Origin: Bilabrum cf. latius
Lineage: Eukaryota
DNA: 64,000 bases
Assembly (NCBI GenBank): GCA_965178125.1
Contig: OZ237759.1
Coordinates: forward strand, 558,001-622,000
Direction: 5' to 3'
Shown here: positions 23,812 to 36,100 of the stretch, one piece after another
How positions within the stretch are numbered: the first letter of the stretch is position 1
Layout of the letters: each line of letters begins with the position of its first letter
Position numbers and translations under genes: made by a program
Notes under the pieces: model-generated
What the model was told of the DNA's origin: nothing
The model's input: only the letters and a program-made list of their open reading frames with translations
The model's database searches: none

Positions 23812-26317
23812 TCATTGCCGGATGCAAATCTGCTGGGCCGTGGAGCCGAACACCTTGCACGGCGGGTCGTTGCAGATCACCCCCGACGAGTTGGTGTTGA
23901 AGCCGCAGTTGCCCGCCCACTGGCCGTCGGATAGGCCGAAGCAGCCGGTCATGTTGGTCCTCGGCTTGTCCCCCGTGAACTTGAGTCCGACCGCCTCGCA
24001 CGCCATCTCACACAGGTTCTTGGGTACCATGGCGATGCCCTGCTTCTGGCATGTGGTCATGGGTGACACCTCGATGTAATCGGAGGGAGGAGGGATGGGC
24101 TTGGTGGTGTGGTTCTTGTTGGGCGGAGGCACGTCCGGCTTGTTGGTGTAGAGGAAGAAATCCTTGATGACGATGGCAGCAGGGCTCGACCTGGTGAAAG
24201 TCAGCACGTTCGTGCCTTTGACCAGGTCTACCTCCACGGGCTGGGTCTGGTTCCAGTAACCCACGGTCCAGTAGACTGGCACGTTGATGGGTTGCTTGCC
24301 CTCGGTGGTGTTGGTGGACAGCAGCAGGTTGGTGTTCATGTGCCAGGTGGTGATGTTGGCGGTCAGATACCTCGTGCCGGCCTCCTCCATCTCGATCACG
24401 TAACTGAAGGCCGTATCTTCGGGGTGGGCAAAGCTGCCGGCGCTGTGCACGAGTTGTTCCCCGGAATCGAAGGACCACATGGTGGCCACGGGGGCATCCT
24501 TCGCCTTGCTCGCAATCGCAGCGGCTGGCACGATGATCTTGGTGTCATCCACGGTGATGTTGGGGGTGGGCAGCGGCTCCTACCACTTCTTCAGGAAAGC
24601 GCCGATCTTTGTCGGCACAACCGAGGGGCCCATGGGGCGGGGCGTAGGCGGGTGGGTGGCGTTTGCGATCTTCTTGGCGTAGAGCATCAGCCCGCTCCAT
24701 GTGCCCCCTTGCCCGTAGGAGCTGGGTTCCCTGGGGGTCCACTGAAGGTTCACTCCGGTTTCGTTCCGGGCGAGTGCGGCCCAATCTCCCCTCAGGATTT
24801 GCTGGTACTGAGGCCTGAGCTCCCGTGCCAGCGTCTCAGTGTAGAAGCTCATGCCGCCCCGCTCGGGCATCGCATGGTCCCACCAGCTGTACTCCCACCC
24901 TGCGCCGAGCTCCACCTGCCAGCCGGCTGCGGTCCAGGTGGTCATAGCGGCGTGTCCCGGCTGAGTCACACCGAAGGTGGGCAAACCGAACGCCTTGCGG
25001 GTCACCCTTCCGAAGAACGCTCGCGGGCCGCACACGCCCCCCGCGGCTGGGATCTGCCAGTAGTTGCCGGTGCAAATGCCGGGCATCGAATCACATGCAG
25101 GGTCACCGTCTGCAAAACGCGGAAAGGAGCGAAACAATACAGGGCAAGACGCATAAGCAATCGCGCTGGTGACAAAGAGAAGTGACTCTGCTGGAGCACT
25201 GCGTGCATCGGCCGCTCAGGAACGGAATGGGAGCACCGAAACGGGTGGGTCAAGCCATTTTTCTCACACGCGACATCCGTGTGTACGGACTCGGAATACC
25301 TCCACTTGTCCGTCCTGGCGATGTTCTCTGGCCGAAAGTTCCTCATGGTCTCGCGCATCCACTGGATGTCGGTGTCGACGGCGTCAGCGTTTGTGGTCCA
25401 CCGCAGCTCGAACGCAGTGAGCACCTCCATCTGAGGGTCCAAATCACCCTGAAGATAGTGCTTCTCGTAGTGAAGATAGCGCTTCACGGGATCCACGATC
25501 GTATCGTTCGGCGTCGGCGGCCAGCGGAATTTGATGGTGTTGGCGTGCCCAAGCGCCGTGCCGAGCGCAAGGCGCCGGAGCATCGTCGTCTGGTTTCTGT
25601 CGTCCCACGGCCCTCCAGCCGGGGGAGTCGGCACATTGGGAAGGACAGTACTTGCCTTGAAGATGTTTGTTAGGATCTGCATGGCTTGGCCGTAGTTGCC
25701 GGCGGCTGGACCGCCCGCAACGAGCATGTCTCGCATGAGCAACGTGCTGGCCAGCAGCGTCGACACGAGCTGCTGCTCGGCCTGGCCGGCGCCCGCGAAC
25801 GCCGCCAATCCTTGAGGAGTAGCCGTTCGAAGAACTGCACACTTCACCATGGCAATGTCGAGTGCACTGCCCGTCCATTCAGTGGACAGGAACGACTTCA
25901 CGTCCGAAAGATCCAGAAGAGCAGTGGCCGCCTTGATCACGGCATCCTCGCTCTAAGTCCCATTGTATGCACGGTATGCATCCATGAATGCTGCTTCACC
26001 CGCCGCTGGCAGAGTGGGAATGCTTGGGAGGACCGCAGCGCAGGAATCGTTCATCAGCTTGGCGTACTACTGCTCCAGCGACCCTATGGCAGGCTGCGAT
26101 ATGGATTTTAGACGATTTCCGTCAGCCAGAAAATAGAATGACGCATTCTTACTTCATGATTGAGAGCAAGAACCAAAGATATGGACATGAGCCCCTGATG
26201 CGAGCTGACACGATGACTTACAGCTCCGGCATCATGAGGCAAGATCGGCTGACCAACAACTTGCCAAGTGCATGAAGTTGATAAAGTTACTAAAATTCCA
26301 AAAAAAAATGACCGCAT
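23812..26317 (-). CDS. Secreted hypothetical protein; exons 26317-26222, 26093-25268, 25109-23812
   Basis: Signal-like N-terminus MRSFFFGILVTLSTSC; introns 26094-26221 (GTAAGT...CGCAG) and 25110-25267 (GTGAGA...TGCAG). GGVCGPRAFFGR...AFGLPTFGVTQPGHAA core, beta-rich module, Cys-rich tail; 3 TAG codons; ends TGA. Confidence 0.75.
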
Positions 26318-26457
26318 TTGACCGCGAGCCTGGTGTAAACACCTAAATCTTGTGCGGTTTCAAGGGCGACAGTTTGATTGTAGAAAGAGAGTCCATGAAT
26401 GATTGTCTCCATTCTGTATACTCTTTTTTGTAGACGCCGTTGTAGTCACACAGTGTT

Positions 26458-26528
26458 GGCCCGCTAGTATAGTGGTAAAACTTCACGTTGTCGCCGTGAC
26501 GTCCCGGGTTCGATCCCCGGGCGGGTCG
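26458..26528 (+). tRNA. tRNA-Asp (anticodon GTC)
   Basis: Acceptor GGCCCGC/GCGGGTC, anticodon stem TCACG/CGTGA with loop TTGTCGC, T-arm CCGGG-TTCGATC-CCCGG, discriminator G; one D-stem mismatch. Confidence 0.92.
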
Positions 26529-26538
26529 TTTTTATTTT
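26529..26538 (+). terminator. RNA polymerase III oligo-T terminator
   Basis: TTTTTATTTT immediately after the tRNA 3' end. Confidence 0.75.
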
Positions 26539-26772
26539 GACTCGAGTCAGTATCTAGCACACGACGACATATGAGGAGTGGGGGGGGGACGCGGAGTGTA
26601 TTACTATTTCATATGGTCTCGCAAAACCACACGTGAAACCGCCTGCTATAGTTCCGGAGCCTCGGACACCAGCGGCCGTGTCGTTGACCAAGTCAGATAA
26701 CTACTGGTCTACAGCTCACCAGGACCCGATGCCTTCTTCATTCAAGCCTCGCCTATAAGCCAACAATCAGGA

Positions 26773-29190
26773 TCAGGCGTGCACCACGTCCCCGCCCGCG
26801 TCCCTGCCAGCGAACGCCCACCGCCTCCCCTCCGCATATGCCTCCCTGGCCCACCTCCGGCTGCGGTCCGCGTCCCAGCCGCTCCCCCCACCGTGACCCG
26901 CTTCCTCACTCGTCACACTTGCCTCGGCCGCGGCTGCCACCAGAGCCGCGGCCGCCTTCGCGGTCCTGTGCCCCAGGCTGTAGAGGCCCCGCATGCCCCT
27001 CGACCTCGACAAGCGGATGGCCGCACGGACGGTCAGCTCGAGGGCCGCGGGGCTGCCCGACGATGCACTCGTCACACCTCCCTCAACACTAGTCACACCG
27101 GATCGTCCTTCCTCGGCTGGCTCCAGGCACCCCTCAACAGCGGCGTCCCCCCTGCGACCCAGCAAGCCCTGCAGCGCACGGAGCGCCGCGGCAGCCGCCC
27201 GCTCCCCCCTTGCTGCCTGCCTTGCGTCTTCCATCTTAACAAAGCACGCGGCTGAGTTGAGCATGCACATGGCGAACTGGATCCTGGTCCTAGTTGCCGC
27301 GGTGCTGATGGTGGTTGTGGGGGCAGCAACCGCTTCACCACCGTGCGATGCACCTGCTGGTTCGAGTGCACCCGGCTCAACCTGCAAGTTCCCGGGTTCG
27401 ATTCCGAGGTCTGCCAGCAGCGACGCGTCTCGCACCACCGCACGTACCCAGGATGGTGATGGCGCACCAGCTGAAGCCGCTGTGCATGGCGTTGGCTCTT
27501 CGGCTCCCGCCACACCCAGCAGGATGGCAGCGGCAGCCGAGCGGAACTTAATGCCCGCGGTAAAGAAGAAGCCCTCCTCAAATAGCACGCTACCTTCCTG
27601 CCGCAGCAGCGTCGCAACTGCCACGAGATTTGGCCGAGACACTGAGCTCTCCACTGATCCACTCGGCTCACCACCACTCATCACACCGTCATCTGCACTG
27701 GCGGTCTCCTCTGCAGCCAGCACGCTGCCCCACCTCGCCCGCTGCCACGCCATCCACTCCGGTCCCCCCCAGCCCGCCGTGTGGTCGATCACCCGCACCA
27801 GGCTGCGCTTGAACGACTCCGGGTCCGACCAACACTCTCGGGTGCTACTGTCCCCAGGCATGGATGCAGAAGTCCCTTGCCCCACGACTTTGACCAGGTC
27901 ATCTCCAGCGCTTGGATCAAGTGGCTCCCAGGCTCCTTTGGCCACCTTCCACTCGGCACCCTCGTCCCCTCCATCCCCAGAGGTTGCAACCAGTCCACCG
28001 CTCCCTTCCGGCACCACCTCCCATCGGATCACGTCCAGTTTGTTCCCCACTCCCGTAGCCCCATCCGCGCCATCGTGCGGCGCACCCGCGGCGGAACGCA
28101 CGACCCTTCCCTCCAGCGCGGGTGCCTCTACTGCGACGTGCTCCGGCCTCTCTCCGGCGAGCTCAACGGCTCTATCCGCGTGCATCTCTGCCAGGCACAG
28201 GGCACCCATGCCCAGGCAGCACAGCCCGCGGCGCACCCACACGCTCTGGTCGTGTGACGAGTGCGCCTGAGCGAGCAGAGTGCGGAAGTGGTCGCAGCCC
28301 CTGCGGTAGCAGCCGAGAGCTAGCGAACGTTCGGCAGCACATCGAGTGGCCTGCCGCGCGCAACGCCTGAGTACATGGCCGACACGCTCGACGGCTTCAT
28401 AGGCTGCTGCCGGCAGGATGGCGCTCGCCGGCAGCGGCCCGGCCGTGCTCGCACTCGGCCCTGATCGATGATTGGACGCGGCTGCGGCTGCGTCGGGACC
28501 AGCTGCGCTCGCTTGCTTCCCGTCGCGAGAGGTGTTGTTCTCTAGTTGCTTGCGCTCTGCTGATGAACCAAGCAGCCGCAGCGATGACGCGACCGAGGCT
28601 GCGTCCGTCGGTCCCGGTTTTGCGGACGGTCCCTCGGTATCGCCCGCCTGCTTCTTCAATGGCGTGCCGCTGTGAGTTGAAGATGATGACTGGTAATACT
28701 CTAATCGTGACAATAGCCTGCGGGTGGATTTAGCTACCCGCCTGGATGCCTGCAACGGCACGTTTCCCATCGAAAGTACAGCCGGGTCTTCGTTCTTCGC
28801 ATCAGGCCCTAGAAGTCGGTCACGCTGCCTCAATGATGCAGCTACATCCGAGGCAATCTTGCTCAGGTTCGCCGCGGCTGAAGCAACCGGGTTACGTTCG
28901 TTTGGCGGGACTGTCGTAGTTAAGGTTGATTCGGATGGCGGAGGTTGCCGACGCCTCCTCCTGCGCCTTCCCAAGCCACTGGTAATGCTTGCAACTTCTG
29001 CCTACGCTTCCAACAACTCGGCCTACTTGGCGAGTTCACCAACGACAGCAGTCTCTTGAGCAGCAGTTCTTGCTAGGCTGTCAAGCCGACGTTGCTCCGT
29101 CTCTTTTGCTTCCTCTTTCAAGTCTATTCCTTTCAAAATGGCTTCCACGTCTTGCTGTGTCCACTCTGTCACGGACTTCTTGTCGCTCAT
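26773..29190 (-). CDS. TPR-like repeat protein
   Basis: ORFs 29023-29238 and 26773-28974 are joined by 2 TAG codons. TPR-like helices LRQEGSVLFEEGFFFTAGIKF, CMLNSAACFVKM, VWVRRGLCCLGMG; ends TGA. Confidence 0.65.
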
Positions 29191-30031
29191 CAGGCTACAG
29201 GGGATCAATTCGGTAGATCTATGGCCAGTGGCACGCAAGAAGTGTCGAAAATGAGCTCCGAGTTGCCGGGTGTGCGGCAGCGGGCACCAGCATTATGTGG
29301 ATATGCCAGCTGATACGGGATATAGGAACATGCAGGAGGCGTCATGATACGCGCGTCAGGCGGTGGTGGATTGCTGAGATCATGTGCTGCGAGGTGACCT
29401 GACCTGACCTGACCACCACTGGCAGGCTCGACGGCTGGGATTGTGCAGCAGTGCCGGTAGTACTACCCGTAGCAGCCTAGCACGGAAATTGGGTCATGAT
29501 GGTGAAGCAAAGACTCACCAATTGGTCTTGTGCCGAATTGTCAGTGAGTATTGGAGCACCTAATTGGATTCGGGCCTGCCCTTCGCGTCACGTTGTCTTC
29601 ATCTTTCAGTTTGCTCGGTTGCAACCAAACCAAAATGACAAACCAAGCTGCCCGGCTCCAAACACTACGACAGACCCTGAGTCCAGTAATCTAAAGCGAA
29701 TACTTTTCTGCCTGATATATCGTACTGCTCTGTATGGTTGCAGGCAGGAAAGTGTTTCCTGAGCCGTCTGAGCTGAGGTCGTCGTCACTGTTCATTGTGG
29801 CAGTTTGCCGCTGCGACGCCCTCTTTCAGAAAACGAAACCTGGATAACTAGTCAACCAATACGTTTTACATCGTCGTTGCTACCGTCCCCGCACTTGACC
29901 AGAAAGTCATTGCAGGAGGCTACCATTGGGAGACTTCCAGTCAGCTTTCCGCGACGTGCTCCAGCAGAGAACCCTGTGCTAGCCCACAGAAGACTTGACC
30001 CGCGAACGAATCTGCACCTGACCGTACTTGT

Positions 30032-32671
30032 ATGCACCGCAAAGGTACTCACACGGGAACATAGAGCGGTACTGCCCGTGTATCCCAAGCACGGCAGCCA
30101 GCCTCTGGAACCGTGGCTGGAACGGTCGAGCTGGAATCTGTCCGAGTGACAGCAAGAAGCGAGCAGGCATCCCCACACCTCGCCGCAGGTTTGGCAAATG
30201 GTAGTGGCCTGCATTCTGGGGTGGAAACCCATCCAGGCTCGATGCACCAGTCTGCAAGTGGGGAGGAAAGCAAGAACATGGAGGACGGAGCATTTTCGGG
30301 AAACCGAGCATTCTCGGGAAATCGAGCCGTGGCGCGAGCCCTCGCCCCTGGACCGCTGAGCACCAGCCTAGGCACGGGCAGAACCTCTTCCTCGCAGTCG
30401 TGGATCGATGGTGGCGCGTCCTCAGATGGCGCTCGCTCCGTCGCAGCGTCTGCGTCGGGTGCGTATTCGATTGCTGCCACGGCAGGCTCCGGCGACGTCA
30501 TCCGAGTTGGTCGCAAATCGGCGGGACCCTAGGGCGCCCGGGGCTCCTCCAGGCTGGGTCATCAGCTTGGTGGGGGCAGCGGCCGAGGCATCGCCATTGG
30601 GGGCTCCTTGCGCGGCGCCGCACTGCGGAACCACGGTCAGGCCAGAGAGAGGGGCATCATCGACGGATAGGACGGCTCGCTCAACGACTCGCTCGCACCT
30701 CTGCTGGGGGATACACCCGGTGCGGGTTTGCCCACCGCCTCAAGTACTGACTCGGGCGGACTGGCAGGGGACAATGGGCCGACGGGACACAGGGCACGGG
30801 CCGGCGCCCCTGCCGACGAATCGGCACCCCCTTCCGCCACTGCCGATGCGGCCCATGCACGGGACGGGCGCGATGAAGGGATCATCACGGATGATCCCCT
30901 CACCGATCGACTGGGGTACAAGACGAGCCCGGCGTCCAAGGGCACCGGTGCAGCTGGCCGCCGCTCCAAGGCTGATGGCGTCAAGGGCAAGGGCGAGGGC
31001 ATGGCTGGTCTAGAGTCAGGCGACCTGCCTGTGCCCATCGATCTGGAGCGGGGCTCTGCCCTATCACAAGCAGCCACTGCCGCCGCTGGCCTGCCACGCA
31101 CGGTGGGTGTGGTGGCACTGGCTGGACTTGCCTTCGTCACCATTTGCGCGGGTCCATTCGGGATCGAGGAGGCTGTCCACGCCTCCGGACCGCTGCCGGT
31201 GGCTGGCGCTGTAGTCGCCCTCGCTGTTCTCTGGGGGCTGCCCCAGGCACTTATGTGCGCCGAGCTGTCCACCATGATAGACGAGAATGGGGGCTACGTG
31301 CTCTGGGTGGACAGAGCCATGGGCCCTTTCGCAGCCTGGCTGTGCGCCTTCAACTCCCTCGGCTCCAACATGACGGACCTGCCCCTGTACTGCATCCTGT
31401 TCGCTTCATACAGTGGCGTTTTGCTCAAGCAAGCCATGGGAATGGACGGCCTGCCGGGCTGGGCCATCTACATGCTGAAATGCGGCTGCTTGCTGGTCAT
31501 GACGGGACTCAATCTGAGGAACATCAGCTCCGTTGGCGTGGCGTCCGCGCTCGTCACGTGCGTCATCCTGGCCCCGTTCCTCCTCGAGATCGGTTTCGCC
31601 TGGAAGTACCAGTCCTTGGACGACTGGACGGGTGTCTCTCGCCCCATGGACTGGGGCACCTTCACGTCCACTCTGCTGTGGAACATGCAGGGCTGGGACT
31701 CGATCGGCACCATGGCGGGTGAGGTGAAGGACAGCGCGAGGACGTATCCCACGGGCATCATCATCGCACTCGTCATCATCACGCTGACGTACGTCGTGCC
31801 CGTGCTGGTGGGGGCTGGAGTGGAGCCGGACCCGGGCAACTGGACTGGTGGCGCGCTGAGTGTGATCGCAGCCAGGGTGGCCCCGTGGCTGGGGCTGTGG
31901 GTGGGGCTGGGTGCTGCCGCTGCACAGCTCGGTAATGGGGTTGCTATGATGGCGGCAAGCTCCAGGGTGACCTGGCAGATGAGCAAATCGAGCATGCTGC
32001 CGTCACAGCTGGGCTGCATGTGGGCGGCCACGTCAGCGCCGGCCGCCGCAGTGATCATGCATGGCATCACGACGGCAGGCCTAATGCTGTTGCCCTTCAG
32101 AACTCTGGTGACCATCGACACGATTTTCAACAACGTGAGTCTGCTGCTAGAGGGCGCTGCCTTTCTGGTGCTGCGGTACACTGAGCCACACACCATGCGC
32201 CCGTACGAAGTGCCGGGCGGCTTGGTGGTGGCCTGGATGATCACAATCAGCAAGACGTGTGTGATCTTGTTCGCGATCGGGACCGCTGGCTGGGTCAAAT
32301 GGGTGGCCTGCCTTGGCGCGAACCTGCTCTTCATCCTGGCCTACTTTGTGCTAGAGCGCTGCAAGCGGGACAACGCCAAGGGGATCCCAGTGGGAGAGTC
32401 TCGCAGGCTGCTGGAGGAGAAGGCTGCCTATAATTTGAGGAGGGCGCTCGTGGACGTGGCAAGGGGCGACATCCGGGCTGCGGAAGCGGCATCTGTTGGT
32501 GCGGTGATGGGAGTGAGCAAGGAATCGCTTCCTCGTGGTGTGGGCGAGTTCGAGCCATAGGATCCGCTGGGCTCGGGGCAATCGCCTACAGAGACTCCCG
32601 GTACGGAGCGAGATGGTGTGGTGATGAGCAGTGGCTAGAGATCTGGGGCCAACTATCAGCAGCTTGCTTGA
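30032..32671 (+). CDS. APC-superfamily amino acid/polyamine permease
   Basis: ICAGPFGIEEAV, LWGLPQALMCAELSTM.DENGGYVLWVDRAMGP, WNMQGWDSIGTMAGEVKD..RTYP, FLVLRY.EP..RPYEVPGG. Frame reads through TAG codons to TGA 32669-32671; start uncertain. Confidence 0.88.
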
Positions 32672-33100
32672 GCATCGGACTGAACGAATCCTAGCACATA
32701 ATCCTCCCAAACATGATTTGGCAAAGAGAGCTATAGCCTATCAGTTGTTGAATGCCATCGAGTGAGTTCTGGACTGTGCATCCTGTTTTTTTGGATTCGT
32801 ACCGTACGGGTAGCTACCCTAAATCGGATTTGTCCAGATGAATGGATCCTTTGGATCGGATCCGATTAGGGGCTTGCGGTCGTCTGATTCAAAACTTATA
32901 GCCGACAAAAAAGCGGCACAAGCATATTCGAAATTCTGAATGATAGGCTATAGGTTACGTAAAGGTCTAACAACAACTGAAAATCAACAACGTAATTCAC
33001 AAACCGTAGTGGCAGCCACCTTCTATCCGGTCATATGGATCTCCCCCCTAATACAGCACCCCCCCGTAGCGGGGGGATCTTTGTGTGATAAAGTGCAAGC

Positions 33101-36100
33101 TTACCTCCGTTTCCCCCTCGCCTTGCCTCGACCTCGCCCTTGTTTTGAACCACCAGCCCACGGCGGAGCACCGTACGCTCCACCTCCACCACCACTGCTC
33201 GTGCGTCCGGCTCCGCGCTTGCCGGCCTCGTTGCGAGCACGGGCAGCCGTCTTGCCAGCCTTTCCCGATCTTGCATTGGAGCCGCCCCTGGCTGCATCCT
33301 GCCCAACCATCGCCTCGGCAGGAATCCGATCCGACCCGAAATCGATCGATCCCACAGGCCCAGCGCCTGACCCCACCCCGCCCAGTGACCCATACTCCCT
33401 CACAACGCTATCCCGCGTGCTGCTGTTCCTAGTCCCGCCAACATCAACGAAATCTGCGTGGCTGCCCCTATTGCCACCCTCTGGCGCACCCTGTCCAGAT
33501 CCAGATACACCGCCCCCTTTGTCTAAATAAGCGATCGATGCTCGCATGGCAGCGTTTGCCCTGGACCTAGCTCGTTCCAGGATGGACGCGGACTCGTCGG
33601 CGGCAGGGTCACCTGCATCGTCAGAAGGGCGGCCCTACGCAGGATCTGGGAGGTACGTGATGCCTTTCGGCGGCATGGCGGAGCCTGGGTCGTCGTCCTT
33701 GCCGCCACTTGAATCACCACCGGCAGAATCATGGCCCTATCCTATTCGCCCTGGTGCCCCTGCCTCCATCTAGACCGCGCTGTACTCCATACTCCTATCA
33801 TCACTGGCTGAACCAGAAGTAGTTGTCTGCATTGACTGCTACTGCGGCTGCGTCGCCGAGCCATTCCTCCATCTCTGGCTCTCTGGTACCGTGGAGTGCG
33901 GATGGGAGTCGGCTGCGGTGGGCCTGTCGGTGGGCGATGCCTTCGATGGCGTGGGCTCCGGCGGACCTGGCGAGCCCGGCTGCATTGCACTGCCGTGAAG
34001 GTGTCCTCGCCGTCGCAGTGCGGCTTGGCCGCTGCTGTGCACGTGCTATGCTGCCTGATGATAGATAGACGACGGCCCCTGCTGCCCCGCCCCACCGCCA
34101 GAACCGGCACCCGTCCCAAATGTTGATGGAGCGGGCGCCGAAGCTGCAGCACCCACTGCGCTTACGGGCTGATTCATGCCAGTTGAAACTCCAATCGCGC
34201 TCTGCTACCCATAAGCGCGGCTCATGGGTTGCGGCACGGCCCCAGTGGAACCAGGCTAGCTGGTTGCGTACTGCTGCCCAGTTGCTCCAGTGGTCTGGTA
34301 TGGCTGTCTAGCGGCGTGGTTCCGGGCGGCGCTGGTGATCGCCTTGATCCGATCCATGATGGATCCGGATCCAGAATTACCGGGCTGGTGCGCGTGTGTT
34401 ACACCCGGCGCATGGTGGGCCGGGTGCGCCCCAACATGCGTCCCATGCTGCAAATACCCTCCGTAAGACTATGGTACGGCTCCATTTCCTGTGCCACCGA
34501 ACATACCTGCTGCGTTGGGACCCTATGGTATAGAACGAACGACTGACATGGGTGCACCCCCGGGTCCGAACCCCCCTCGAGCCGCAGAATGCATCGAGGA
34601 CACCCCCACACCCCCACCCTGCTGCTGCTACACAGAGCCCAAAGAAGAGGCCATGGAGGACGCACCTGGCGACACAAGACCCCCACCCTGACCGGGATAC
34701 AGCATGTCGTTCTGGTACTGGCTCTATCCCGCCGCACCCGACCCATTGCCCCCCAGAACGCCCATGCCGGTAGACTGCAGCCTCGCCTTGCGCCTGCTGA
34801 GGTGCTGCTGGATGCGCTCCTCAAGCGAAACCTGGTAACCGACGCGCTACTGACCTACACTCTCCGCTCCGATTCCACCGCTTAGCGCACCTGGGTGCCC
34901 ACCAAATTGCGAGCCAGAAAGCGGCGGCCTGCCTATTTGCCCTTGGCTCTGCCCCTGCTGCTAAGGACGGATTGTGGCTGCAAGGCTCTCCAGAAACGAA
35001 GGCTGCCCCGAAAGGGGCAGCTGTCCCGAGGAAACCGATGATCCGAGCCCGATGGATCCAGCTGGCATCGTGCGACCGAAGTCAGGACCCCTGCCCCCAG
35101 AAGCACTGCCCCCACCACCACCGCCAACAACGCCAGCATTCGGGTTGACCCAGCTCTGCGACTGCGATACGCTACCCCCACCCCAAGCAACACCACCGTG
35201 CAGTGCACCCGCACCTCCACGATGCGGACTCGCCGCCGCGCCCTCTGTGGCACTGGTCCGCAGAGTGTCCCGTGCCGCTCGGTGCAGCCCGTCGAATCCA
35301 CCGGTGGATCTACCGCCAGCGCCCAGCGGCCCGTGCACCGAGCCCCCCATGATCGATCCGGTATCGGCGTCTCGGTGGCGATACGCACCACCATGAGATG
35401 CATTCTGTGTGAATGCATCAATTCCTACTCCACCCATCGCTCCCGGCACTGACAGTGACCCTTGCTGAGTAGGGCTGCCTGCCTCGGCGGCTGCACCACG
35501 GGGGTCTGTGCGAGGCCGCTGCGGAGAGGCAGCGAGAGAGGCACCCCTCGAATCTGGGCCTCGTTGTTCCCCAGGCACACCCCCGGGGGTCATTCCCGTG
35601 ACCCCGCTGCGGGGGGACGTGGCCCTCGACTTGCTGTTGACTCCTGTGACCCCGCTGCGGGGGGACGTGGCCCTCGAGTTGCTGTTGGACCGGGATTTCT
35701 CCGCCTCGTGGTGCCTCCGAAACCTCTCTAGAAACGAGGAGCCCTCTGACTCTGCGTCTCCTCCTCCCAGCAGACTAGCGCTGCCACTTACCGGGTTGTC
35801 ATGACTAGATGTCGCATTTCCTTCTCTCTGTCGCTGATGCTGTTTCACAGGGGTGGGCTCGCTGTCGCCGCCGCCGGCCGTGGTCTCCTGGGCGCTGGTC
35901 GCTGTGCCTTGTGGGCTGGCGTGTTGGCCCCTGTTCATGGATGCGTTGAGCAGCTCTGCAGCCATCATGGCGTCCTAGTGCCCTGGGGATAGCGCCTCCG
36001 CAGCACCGCCACGCAGTGCACCCTTGTTCCTCCGGGCCTCGATCGCTGCCTGCGTTGCATTGAGCTGAGCAGACCTTGGGCTGCTGCTGTCTGCCTCATC

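Noticed and set aside
26458-26528. tRNA as the TAG-decoding suppressor
   Set aside because: The anticodon is GTC (Asp), not CTA.
29395-29414. (TGACC)4 between the divergent TPR and permease genes
   Set aside because: Single short microsatellite with no second instance supporting a regulatory role.
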